Assembly: GCA_964016885.1 (NCBI GenBank)
Contig: OZ024740.1
Span: 220,100,001 to 220,164,000, forward strand
Direction: 5' to 3'
Length of the DNA stretch: 64,000 bases
From: Eledone cirrhosa
Taxonomy: Eukaryota
The notes under the pieces were generated by a model. It saw only the letters and a program-made list of their open reading frames with translations, did not search any database and was not told the origin of the DNA. A program made the translations under genes and the position numbers. Shown here in pieces: positions 40,532-52,599 of the stretch; the stretch's first letter is position 1, and each line of letters opens with the position of its first letter.

Positions 40532-40830
40532 GAAAACGAAAAATCAGTGATGCATCTGAACTCAATTTATTGTGTTACAATTGTTTCGCCGGCGAACAGT
40601 TCGAGACACGATCATTGTGTGGATCTGTCTCTCTGCAAGTCCAGAATCAGACAGATCCACACAATGATCGCGTCTTGAGCTGTCTGCCGGCGAAACAATT
40701 GTAACACACAATAAATTGAGTTCAGATGCATCACTGATTTTCCGTTTTCTATTCTATCATACTCTGCTCTGTAAGAGCATAGAGTGCTCAACCGGCATAC
40801 CTCCTATGGAAGCATCTTAGCTACCATCAG

Positions 40831-40861
<31 letters not shown>

Positions 40862-41293
40862 AGTTAATTTTATAATTTTCTTATTTTACGTCTCTCATAT
40901 TATTGTTCTGCAACCCCATGCATTGAACCACAAAGTTACTAAGACAAAACCTATATATTTGCTAGCATAAGTATGCATCTGTGTGTATATATATGTTACT
41001 AGATATACTAATTCTTTATATATATATATATATAATTATATATTCGTGTACAGATATGTTTGCATACACAATAACAAAATATAAACAAAAGTATTTATTT
41101 CGCGATAAAGTATTGATTTTCTTCGCACGGAAAAAAACCCTGGTAATCTACGACAAATTTTTTTTATAAGCACATAATGTAGACACCATCCCGAGGCCAA
41201 GGTATTCCGTACTTCTTTGTAGTTTCAGAAAGGGGGGGATAAACATGCCAATCTATGTTTAGAATCTCGAGCAATGCCAGGCCATTCTGCTAG
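39940..41293 (+). mobile_element. Non-autonomous Helitron, first unit of tandem pair (contains insertion at ~40526-40830)
   Basis: A^TC start, same internal sequence as 3612-4579, ends GCCATTCTGCTAG. Confidence 0.88.
40526..40755. repeat. ~105-bp-arm inverted repeat, each arm with a hammerhead-like motif
   Basis: Arms 40526-40630 and 40649-40755, 18-nt spacer. Confidence 0.92.
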
Positions 41294-42121
41294 TCTATAT
41301 ATATCTAAAACAGAGAATGTCTGTCTGACTCCCTAAAACTCGAGAACCACCCAACCGATTTTTTTCAAACTTTACACATGTAAATACTTATGGTCGTGTG
41401 GATGTTTTGAGCAAAAAATATTTCAAATTTTCAATGCCCTAGGGGCCGCATTAGATAGCTATAACGTCGCGCCATTATAATATCTGTCTGTATGTCTGGC
41501 TGTCTGCATTACGACATTATGATACTATCTGTGTATGTATATATAGTGTGTAACGTTTTTCGAAATATTTCCTTCTACATTCACAGATTGATTTTTTTTT
41601 AGCTTCAGAAGATCCCATTAAGGGTGAAAGCAGCGATTCTTCGCTTAAACTTTAATCTGTTATTTTAATATATATATATATAATTATATTTTCGTGTACA
41701 GATATTTTTGCATACACAATAACAAAATATAAACAAACGTATTTATTTCACGAGGCTCGATAAGGATAAATATATATCAATTATATAAGAACCCTAGAGC
41801 AAATATTGTTCTCATTTCTGATGAGGCAGAAGGAGATATACACGATTGGCTGAAAAAGGACGAGACTGTGTTAGTAGTACGACCAACGGCCGCTATCACA
41901 CCAACAGCAGCACAAACAACAACAAAAAAGAGAGGGAACGCAATTACATGCTTTTGAAAAATCTTAATAGAAAATTATTTGCCTATTCACCCAAGGCAAT
42001 TCCCTTTTTATTAAGACTTCTGCATCAATTGATAAACATACTACGAAATTGTTTCAGAAACGAGGGATAAACATGCCAATCTATGTTTAGAATCCCGAGC
42101 AACGCCGGGCCATTCTGCTAG
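41294..42121 (+). mobile_element. Non-autonomous Helitron, second unit of tandem pair
   Basis: Starts TC immediately after the CTAG of the previous unit; ends CCCGAGCAACGCCGGGCCATTCTGCTAG^T. Confidence 0.88.
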
Positions 42122-42190
42122 TTATATATAAACTGCATTAGGAGAAAATTAGTGACGGAAATATATGAATGTTTATTTAAGCGATCGCTA

Positions 42191-42200
42191 ACCGGAAGTG
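42191..42200 (+). promoter_or_regulatory. Perfect ETS-family motif ACCGGAAGTG
   Basis: Exact consensus in unique sequence at the edge of the CpG-retaining region. Confidence 0.35.
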
Positions 42201-42312
42201 TTGACATTTGAACATTTTAAAGAAGTCAATCTTAAAATAAGCCACAAAATTATTTATATTTAATAAAGAATAAAGAAATTTAGTAGATAACTTATGTAAT
42301 ATTCATTCATTC

Positions 42313-42503
42313 GGTGGATTGGCAGTATCGGTAGAGGGTCTGACGCCATGCTTTGCAGCAAAGAGTTATGGCCCTTTATGGTCTGAGTTCAAATCCTGCC
42401 AAGGTTAACTTTGCCTTTCATTCTTACGGGGTTGATAAAATAAAGCACCCGTAATACACTGGGATAATTGCTGGCCTTGTACCAAAAGTAGAAACAATTA
42501 TTT
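42313..42503 (+). mobile_element. Meta-domain tRNA-SINE
   Basis: Full copy; an inverted copy lies at 43159-43346. Confidence 0.88.
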
Positions 42504-42821
42504 ATTCAAAGTAATCCAACTTATTTTACAAACGGGATAAAAAAATATATTTTTGACGCAGTCCTGCACTCCTTACTTTATTATAGTTTAGATTCTGAAT
42601 GTCAAGTACACAACTGGACTGTACCTTCTATTTTTCAAACTCTCTATTAAATATACCAGCGTTTCTTAAAGTAGTGGGCTCCTTGGAACCCGTTAGCTTC
42701 TAAATATTTCTGGGGTTCAATGAAATAAAGTTTTTAATAAAATTCAATAAATATTAGCTGTTGTTGTTCTTTTGTTTTGTTGTTAATTTTGTGGGTGTTT
42801 CATATATATATATATATATAT

Positions 42822-42912
42822 ATATTGTTATACTTTGGGAGGGTCATGTTGCCAATAAGAAACACACGCACCAGTGTGTTGGCAACATGACCCTCCCAAA
42901 GTATAACAATAT
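42822..42912. repeat. Perfect 34-bp-arm inverted repeat; left part matches ~38223-38275
   Basis: ATATTGTTATACTTTGGGAGGGTCATGTTGCCAA and its reverse complement at 42879-42912. Confidence 0.92.
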
Positions 42913-43158
42913 CGGTTTCAACACACGTTTTCAGATAAAGAATCTTGCTAAACAAATTCAGAAACGAAATATATATATATTCTTTCTCTATAAAACATTG
43001 TTTTTCTTCATTTTAATGTCCCATTAAAGTTAGGGTGTCAGAGATTGTTTATAAAATATAGTTACAGGTCCCACGTTGATTGGACAATTATATAAGCTTG
43101 CTGCACCAAAACAAGTTTGAAAACTACTGCAATACAGTAATCCCACCCATTAATACAT

Positions 43159-43346
43159 TAATTGTTTCTATTTTAGGCACAAGGCCAGCAATTACCCAGT
43201 ACATTACTGGTATTTTATTTTATCGACCCCGTAAGGATGAAAGGCAAAGTTAACCTCAACGGGATTTGAACTCAAACCGTAAAGGGACGTAACTATGCTA
43301 GAAAGCATGGCGTCCAACCCTCTACCGATACTGCCAATTCACCGCC
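43159..43346 (-). mobile_element. Meta-domain tRNA-SINE
   Basis: Full reverse-complement copy. Confidence 0.88.
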
Positions 43347-43707
43347 CTTTAATACATTAATACCACTACATTTACTTTTAATCCATGTTAAGGACAATGA
43401 CCTTTCACCTCAGACTGGACTTTACAAAAATATAATATACACACTGAGAAGGATTCCATTAAAAAAATGTTTTACCTACTGAATGTGAATGCACTTAATG
43501 TAAATACTACCAGTAAACTAAAAGGAATTTTTAGGGCAAGTACACATTTTTTGGCATAAAGTGGATGAGATAAGACACCAGTCTATCTCAGGTAACTTTC
43601 TTATATTATATAATCTGATATTTCTGCTTAGATGAATTGGTGCATGTAGAATTGAATGTACTGCCAAAATTATTCAAATACATTAGATTCCAACTCAAAA
43701 TTTGTTA

Positions 43708-43830
43708 TACAAAGTGGCCGAAAAGTAGTAGACCATTTCAAAATATAATAACCCTTGTATTTATTGTAAATTAGTTGTAAAACAAAAACTATATTTTAAA
43801 ATGGTCTAGCAACTCTTGTGCCACCCTATA
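43708..43830. mobile_element. Tc1/mariner-like MITE
   Basis: TA-flanked imperfect inverted repeat GTGGC..AGACCATTT.AAAATATA / TATATTTTAAAATGGTCT..GCCAC. Confidence 0.6.
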
Positions 43831-44012
43831 GTGGTTGAAAACTAAAGATGCAGTATGACTGGATGGTTAAGAAATTCTCTTTATAATCGTGTGTTTCAAC
43901 TCACTGCATAGCATCTTGGACAAGTGTCTTAACTCTAAACATCCTGTAATGATTTAGCAGGGAATTTTTGCAAAAATTAGCAGTAAACCAAAGTAAAGAC
44001 TTCAATCTTTAA

Positions 44013-44220
44013 CCCATTAGCATTTAAACCAGCCGTATCCAGTCAGAATTCTCTCACCTCTTTCTGTTCAAACCTGCTGTAACCGGCCACTCATACTGAT
44101 GTTAAGGTATTGTTCTCAAAATAAATAATATCAAAATCTCGTAGATTCGATATTATGTGAGATAAAGCCTTTACCGTGAAAATACAATAGTAAATATGGA
44201 ATAATGTAAATGCTAAATGG
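44013..44220 (+). mobile_element. piggyBac-like MITE family A
   Basis: TTAA flanks; same TIRs and interior as 12502-12719. Confidence 0.85.
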
Positions 44221-45432
44221 TTAATGTAATGCAGTCATAGTGTTGTTTTGTACTTTTCAAGAAGATCTTGCTAATGTAGTTTCGTGTGGAATAGGATGAT
44301 AAAAATTAATATAACCTTAAGTCACCGCCAAGTTTTTAGGGTGAAATTCAGTAGACAGAAACTGTTTGGAATGCCATTGAATGAACTGAAACTGTAATTC
44401 AAAGGGCCAACCATGTAACACAATATCACACAGAATCTCTCTGAGGGTTATGTAAAGGATACATGTGTTTGTAGATTACTCAGCTACTTACATGTTAATT
44501 TAAAAAATTAGCCATCCCATCCATCAAACAACTAGTAAACTCATCAAAACCAACGGAGGTCTGTTTACTTTATTTAGTTTGAAATTATAAGCACTCGACT
44601 ACTAGAATTTGGCACCCATTGTTTGTTTTTTGCATGGTCCCGTAACTTCTGATGGAGTCGTAAGGGGCACCATATTGACATACAGAATCTCTAGAGCATT
44701 TTTAAAACTTGGCTGAGCCCATCTCTTCTCCAAGTTTGAACACAGCAGATTTCTTCCAGAGAAGGATAGAGAGAATGAGGGAATGAAAGTGAGAAAGAGA
44801 TATAGGGGAAGAACTGATCCCAGTACTTGACTGGTACATTTTTACTGATCTCAGAAGGATGAAAAGCAAAGTTGACCTGGGCAGGATTTGAACTCAAACA
44901 GCAGAGAACAAAAATGAATGCTGCAAAGCATTCTATCCAATGTTCTAATGACTCTGCCAATTCACTACCTTTTACATCCATATTCACTACCTTTTACACC
45001 CATATTACATGCCTGCAAAGATAGTATGACTTTTGTTGAAACAATTACATCTATGGGCGTATAATATCCCTATATATTATAAGATATAACTAAATGGTTT
45101 AGCATCAGGAAGGTCATATGGCTATAAAGCACTACCAAAAAAGAACCTGTTCCAAGCCATGCTGGCATGGAAAAGGTGGGTGTAAAATTGATGATGATGA
45201 TGGTGGTGGTGTACTCTTTTAACTATTGACCATTTAACTGTGATGCAGGAGTAAATCCAGTTTGTTAAACAGACAAACCGGAGAAGAGATAGTATTGCCA
45301 GGAACAAATAAAACAGCCATAATAAGGTTTGATTCATATGAACCTCACAACCACTGTGCTTCAATAAAACAATATTTCTACATCAACGTGATCCACATTG
45401 CTAACAAGTTAGCCAATACATATGTGCATATA

Positions 45433-45463
<31 letters not shown>

Positions 45464-45664
45464 CAAAATTTATCTCAGGTACCAGATCTATCTGAGAAAA
45501 TTACCTATCAAATTAGGTAGAATTACTGGTACGGATGACCTAGTAGGGCCCCTTGGTAATATATGTAAAAATATTATATCAGATATTACAGAACTCATTA
45601 AATGTAGAAGGATCTTTTCATTGATATATGTATTACACAACTATACCAACCACTTATAATGCAT

Positions 45665-46170
45665 GCATGGTTCTGTAACTCCTGGGGAAGTCGTAGGAGT
45701 GCCATATTGACTTACAGCATTTCTAGGGCATTTTTAAACCTTTGCGGAACCCAATCCTTTCCAGGTCTGATTACAGCAGATTTCTTCTAGAGAAGAATAT
45801 AGAGGAAGAATCAACTCCATTATTAGACTGGAGCGGGGTGGATTGGCAATATCAGTAGAGGATTGGACGCCATGCTCTCCAACATAGAGTTACGTCCCTT
45901 TACGGACTGAGTTCAAATCCCGCCGAGGTTAACTTTGCTTTTCCTCCTTATGGGGTCGATAAAATAAAGTACCAGTAATGTACTGGGTAATTGCTGGCCT
46001 TGTGCCAAAAGTAGAAACAATTATTAGACTGGTACTTTTTTCATTGACCTCGAAAGGGTGAAAGGCAAAGTTGATCTCAGCAGGATTTGAACTCAGAGAG
46101 CAAAAATGCAAAACCAATACTGCAAAGCATTCTATACATCGTAACAACTCTGCCAATTCACCACCTTACG
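45665..46170 (-). mobile_element. Long Meta-SINE subfamily copy with a short Meta-SINE (+, ~45836-46024) nested in it; other long copies at ~17960-18230, 19370-19680, 26815-27130, 32560-32830, 44640-44970
   Basis: Shared Meta head plus distinct 3' part TTTAAAA.TGCCCTAGAAA..CCTAC.ACT.C..AGTTACAG. Confidence 0.75.
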
Positions 46171-46457
46171 ACTTATAATAGAGAGTTGTATTTCATATAA
46201 TTCAGTCTAATTTTTAAAATAGTGACAGCCTTCCTTGCCATCTTGATAAATACAACTGCTAACAGCCTCAAATTGACAGAGGAGAGAATTAAGTATGTTT
46301 TCCAGACAACACCATGATGTGAATTTCTGTTCCAAGAATCTTTTTCTAGTAGTCTAAAACATTTCACTTCTGTTATATATATGTGTGTATATATATGCAT
46401 ATGCATATATATATATAATATACATGTGTGTATATATATATATATATATATAATATA

Positions 46458-46516
<59 letters not shown>

Positions 46517-46518
<2 letters not shown>

Positions 46519-47936
46519 CCCTCTCCTATTTATTATTGCCCTTCAGGCTATAACAGACCAGCTGCCCATGGGAACTCCAATACACAGATGATCTAACTCT
46601 CATAGCTGAATCTATGGCTGAACTAGAGAAGAAATTCCAAACATGGAAGCATGGCCTAGAATCAAAAGGCCTTAAAGTTAACTTGTCTAAGACTAAAGTT
46701 CTAGATGTAGAAAGGAAAATAGGGCACAGGTACCCTCAGGGAAATGGCCATGCTCAGTGTGTAGGAAAGGAGTAGGCAGAAATTCCATTTTATGTCCCAA
46801 ATGCAAACTATGGGTACATAAAAGATGTAGTGGGATCACAGGTAAGCTATCTAAGAATGTAGATTTTATATGTGTCCGATGCTCAGGTGCACTAAGTAGG
46901 AAGTGTCCACAGAATACTAGCTCCTTCTATTGCCCAGATGGTTCTATAGAAATAGTGGACACCTTCCATTACCTGGGTGACAAAATCAGCAGTGGTGGAG
47001 GGTGCTCTGAAAGTACAGTAGCTAGAGTCAGAACGGGATGGAAAAAGTTCAGAGAGCTTATACCGCTGTTGGCTGCTAAAGGTTTCTCTCTAAAAATGAA
47101 AGGCAGATTGTATGATGCCTGTATACGAACAGCAATGTTACATGGCAGTGAGACATGGGCATTGTGTGCAGAAGATATACGCAGACTGGAGAGGAACGAA
47201 GCTTGCATGCTCCGTTGGATGTGTAATAGTAATATATGCGAATGGCAAAGCATAAATGAACTAAGTGAGAAATTAGGAATAAGAGGGATCAGATGCTGTT
47301 TACTCGAGAGAAGACTACGTTGGTATAGATACGTGATGTGCATGAAAGATGACAGTTGTATAAAAAAGTGCAGCACGATCAAAATTGATGGAGGTTATGG
47401 AGTTGGTAGACCCAGAAAAACCTGGGACAATTTGATAAATTCCGACCTTACAAACTTGCACCTCTCTAAGACAATGTCACTGGACCGAGATCTTTGGCGC
47501 TACGCAGTAATACAGAAGACCCGCCTTGCCTATGTACAAAGCGAAACCTAGTCAGTAGGCACCTCTTAACCAAATATACACCCCCATCCCACTACCCCTA
47601 CTCCACCACCACCCCACACCCACCAACACCACCCTTTCTCTGTAAAGTTATGTTGGTACCACAACATCCAGTCCAAAATAAATGAGGTCGTGTAGGTGTC
47701 ATGACAAAAAAACACAGTCCACGCTGTAATGTGGCCATGTAGGTAACACGGTAAAAACCTCCCAGTCCACACTGTAAATGTGGTTGGTGTTAGGAAGGGC
47801 ATCCAGCCGTAGAAATCCTTCCAGACAGTCCTATACAAGCGAGACATAGTCACCCGACCAATCTTGCCTCGAGTGGGACAATTCCCATCTAAATCCATGC
47901 TAGCGTGGAAGATAAACGTTAAACGCTGATGATGAT
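46517..47936 (+). mobile_element. 5'-truncated diverged copy of the same RTE family (RT C-terminus, PHD finger, 3'UTR, tail)
   Basis: Starts at SPLLFIIALQAIT after a (TA)n tract; small deletion and frameshift, YADD changed to YTDD; ORF 46757-47551 aligns with the full-length ORF; ends GTTAAACGCTGATGATGAT. Confidence 0.93.
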
Positions 47937-48071
47937 ATATGTATATGTATGTATGTATGTATATATATATATGTCAGGTCACCAGTTGGTGCTACTGGTA
48001 ACATGTATTCCAGTACAACCTGTCTCATGGTCGGGTCGTTGGCGACTAAACTGGCAACCCCACCAAGCTTT

Positions 48072-48582
48072 CAAAGTAAGTGCTTTAATTTTGGACATCC
48101 TGCAGGACTAAAAACAAAACCTGTCAAAGGGCAAAGGACCTCTTAAGAGTCAATGGCCATCTAAAATCACTGGGAGAGATGACCCCTTAGCCTTTGTCAA
48201 GGCAGAATTCTAGAAGAAGGAAAACTCTGATATAACACCTGCAACCTGATGGTATCCAATGATGTTGACTTGTTCTTCTTTTTGGTAAATATCATCTTGG
48301 TCAAGAGAGTGGGATTGGCTTTGTGCAGTACCTTTGCTCACTATAAAAGCTTCACGGCACAGGCATTGCTTTGTATCTGGAGATCTCTCTGCACTTGTCG
48401 TCACATGGTACCATGGGCCCAGCACTATGTGTCAATAATTGTCACAAGTGTAGTGTTTGTACCAGAGTTTTCAAGTCGCTGGCTGACTAAAAATGCACAC
48501 TCGTTCAGCGCATCGGTAGGGGTTCTCCTACATGGATATAAAGTAGTGGCTGTACTCGAAAACGAGTTGGCAGCCACCATAT

Positions 48583-48617
<35 letters not shown>

Positions 48618-48746
48618 CTTATAACATTAAGACTCTTTTCCTATCATTTCAAGCATTAAACTTCATTATACTGTGTCATTTGCTTTGTTATTTGTTTACC
48701 TTTTACATTATAACAGAGTCTATGTATGCCTCTCTATGTGTGTGTA

Positions 48747-48793
<47 letters not shown>

Positions 48794-48980
48794 CAAAGGA
48801 ATTGTGGTAAGGAACCAGATGGACCATAACGCACCAGAGTACTCAATACTTAGAGTAGTAGAGTGGGAAATAGGAATAAGTATGACCCCGACGGCAGAGC
48901 TCAAGCCATTTTGACGACTATTTCTGTCCAGAAATAGCCATCGAAATGGCTTGAGCTCTGCCGTCGGGGTCATACTTATT

Positions 48981-49022
<42 letters not shown>

Positions 49023-49269
49023 GACACAAATACATTTATGGATATATATATATATATAAAGTGCTGAATTGTGATAGTGGTGATGTCACAAGAAAACAAA
49101 CTAGGTATACACAATAAAGTGGTTGGCATTGGCAAAGGCGCCTAGCTGTAGAAACCATGCCAGAATAGAATATATGAGCTTGACACAGTCATTTGACCTG
49201 TCTACCCTCAGGAGACAACCTGTTTAACCTATTCAAGCAAAGAAAATAGCTGTAAAATTGTGATGATGA

Positions 49270-49323
<54 letters not shown>

Positions 49324-49654
49324 TGTTTCCTTGAGCAAGACACTTTATTTCACATTGCTCCAGTTTACTCAGCTGTAGAAATGAGATGATAGCGACTGGG
49401 GTCCCTATCATTCCACTGCAAAGTGGTCGTGGAGATGTCACGGCAAAAAAGCACCCAGCCCACACTGTAAAGTGGACATGTAGGCGCCACGGAAAAAAAG
49501 CACCCACCACTCACTGTAAATGAAGGTGGTGTTAGGAAGGGCATCTAGCTGTAGAAATCAAGCCAGAATCAGTTCCCGTCCCACCCTTGTAAACAGGGAA
49601 AAGCGGATGTAAAATGATGATGATGATGATGATGATATATGCTTATATATATAG

Positions 49655-49685
<31 letters not shown>

Positions 49686-50887
49686 TATGCATATACAGCT
49701 CATAAAGTAAGTATAACAAACAATCATTTCAGTTGACTATGGTACAGCTGTTTAAGAACTTAACTTAGCAAACAAAACTCTTAACCTGCCAGGCTGAAAG
49801 AATGCAATAGGTTGACATTTGACAGTAAGTCACTCATAAACAATACTATTAGTGCTTGTCCTATTTGAAATTTGTTTGTTAATTTTAAATGCAATGACAC
49901 TTATTGACATTGAAAAAGGAAGTCGCTTCAGCTGCTCTTAATATCTTTGCTAAGATCTGAAGTGCTGAAAAACATTATTGTATTTAGCACGGTAACGGAT
50001 ACAGCCAGTTTAAATGCTAAAGGGTTAAAGTAAGTGCTTAATTTTGGACATCCTGCAGGACTAAAAACAAAACCTGTCAAAGGGCAAAGGACCTCTTAAG
50101 AGTCAATGGCCATCCAAAATCACCGGGAGAGATGACCCCTTAGCCTTTGTCAAGGCAGAATTCTAGAAGAAGGAAAACTCTGATATAACACCTGCAACCC
50201 TGATGGTATCCAATGATGTTGACTTGTTCTTCATTTTGGTAAATATCATCTTGGTCAAGAGAGTGGGACTGGCTTTGTGCAGTGCCTTTGTTCACTATAA
50301 AAGCTTCACGACACAGGCATTGCTTTGTATCTGGAGATCTCTCTGCACTTGTCGTCACATGGTACCATGGGCCCAGCACTATGTGTCCATAATTGTCACA
50401 AGTGTAGTGTTTGTACCAGAGTTTTCAAGTCGCTGGCTGGACTAAAAAGTCACAATCGTTCAGCGCATCGGTAGGGGTTCTCCTACATGGATATAAAGTA
50501 GTGGCTGTACTCGAAAACGAGTTGGCAGCCACCATATATATACTTATAACCTTAAGACTCTTTTCCTATCATTTCAAGCATTAAACTTCATTATACTGTG
50601 TCATTTGCTTTGTTATTTCTGTTTACTTTTTACATTATAACAGAGTCTATGTATGCCTCTCTATGTGTGTGTATGTGTGTGTATATATATATATATATAA
50701 CAAAGGAATTGTGGTAAGGAACCAGATGGACCATAACGCACCAGAGTACTCAATACTTAGAGTAGTAGAGTGGGAAATAGGAATAAGTATGACCCCGACG
50801 GCAGAGCTCAAGCCATTTTGACGACTATTTCTGTTCAGAAATAGCCATCGAAATGGCTTGAGCTCTGCCGTCGGGGTCATACTTATT

Positions 50888-50927
<40 letters not shown>

Positions 50928-51176
50928 GACACAAATACATTTATGGATATATATATATATATAAAGTGCTGAATTGTGATAGTGGTGATGTCACAAGAAA
51001 ACAAACTAGGTATACACAATAAAGTGGTTGGCATTGGCAAAGGCACCTAGCTGTAGAAACCATGCCAGAATAGAATATATGAGCTTGACACAGTCATTTG
51101 ACCTGTCTACCCTCAGGAGACAACCTGTTTAACCTATTCAAGCAAAGAAAATAGCTGTAAAATTGTGATGATGATG

Positions 51177-51210
<34 letters not shown>

Positions 51211-51893
51211 ATTGTTTCCTTGAGCAAGACACTTTATTTCACATTGCTCCAGTTTACTCAGCTGTAGAAATGAGATGATAGCGACTGGGGTCCCTATCAT
51301 TCCACTGCAAAGTGGTCGTGGAGGTGTCACGGCAAAAAAGCACCCAGCCCACACTGTATAGTGGACATGTAGGCGCCACAGAAAAAAAGCACCCACCACT
51401 CACTGTAAATGAGGGTGGTGTTAGGAAGGGCATCCAGCTGTAGAAATCAAGCAGGGAAAAGCGGATGTAAAATGATGATGATGATATATGCTTATATATA
51501 TATATACATATATATATATATACATATATATATATGCATATATGGCTTATAAAGTAAGTATAACAAACAATCATTTCAGTTGACTATGGTACAGCTGTTT
51601 AAGAACTTAACTTAGCAAACAAAACTCTTAACCTGCCAGGCTGAAAGAATGCAATAGGTTGACATTTGACAGTAAGTCACTCATAAACAATACTATTAGT
51701 GCTTGTCCTATTTGAAATTTGTTTGTTAATTTTAAATGCAATGACACTTATTGACATTGAAAAAGGAAGTCGCTTCAGCTGCTCTTAATATCTTTGCTAA
51801 GATCTGAAGTGCTGAAAAACATTATTGTATTTAGCACGGTAACGGATACAGCCAGTTTAAATGCTAAAGGGTTAAAGTAAGTGCTTTAATTTT
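48072..51893. repeat. ~1.9-kb tandem duplication (units ~48072-50026 and ~50027-51873)
   Basis: Collinear near-identical sequence differing by SNPs, microsatellite lengths and a ~30-bp indel. Confidence 0.95.
48870..48985. repeat. 57-bp-arm hairpin (second copy 50777-50892)
   Basis: Arms 48870-48926 and 48929-48985 with three mismatches. Confidence 0.92.
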
Positions 51894-51895
51894 AA

Positions 51896-52101
51896 CCCTT
51901 TAGCATTTAAACTGGCTGTATCCGGCCAGAATTCTCCCACCTCTTTCTGTTCAAACCAGCCATAACTGATGTTAAGGTATTGTTATCAAAATAAATAACA
52001 TCAAAATCTCAGATTCAATATTATGTGAGATAATTACATAAGATAAAGCCTTTACCACAAAAATACAATAGTATATATAGAGTAATGTATGTGCTAATGG
52101 G
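51896..52101 (+). mobile_element. piggyBac-like MITE family A
   Basis: TTAA flanks; same TIRs and interior. Confidence 0.85.
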
Positions 52102-52257
52102 TTAAATGATGGAAGAGACTGTTTTAATATAGCATTATGATGGACAGAAAATCTCCTACAAAAGTTGCCTACAATTCAATTAACCTCCAAAATTTACCTA
52201 CAATTCAATTTGCCTACAATTCAAAACAATGAACATTCTTGTGACCTGGATCTAAAT

Positions 52258-52564
52258 CAGGGGTCTCAAACTTGCAGGCTGCAAACTATCTTTCTATTGC
52301 TCGCAACAAAACAATTTTCCTGACTAATTAAGGAAAATTCGTCCCCCTATATTTTGTATTAATTCACATACCCCACTTTCTAGTATATGCATGTTCATTT
52401 TGATGAGAAAAAAAAATAAATAGCAGTCTATCAGCTGTATTGTAGATTATCATTATAACTGGTGAAAAATTAAACCTGACCTCCACCACATCTCAATGTT
52501 GGCCCATTGTGCCTTTTCCCCAGGACATAATGGCCCTTTTGAGACTTTAAATTTGAGACCCTCG
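52258..52564. mobile_element. hAT MITE
   Basis: TIR CAGGGGTCTCAAA / TTTGAGACCCTCG; TSD ATCTAAAT/GTCTAAAT. Confidence 0.8.
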
Positions 52565-52599
52565 GTCTAAATATATTTGTGGCTCCATCTTTTTCTAGA

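Noticed and set aside
41818-41866. CTGATGA...GAAA in the Helitron
   Set aside because: No stem III or UH cleavage triplet after GAAA
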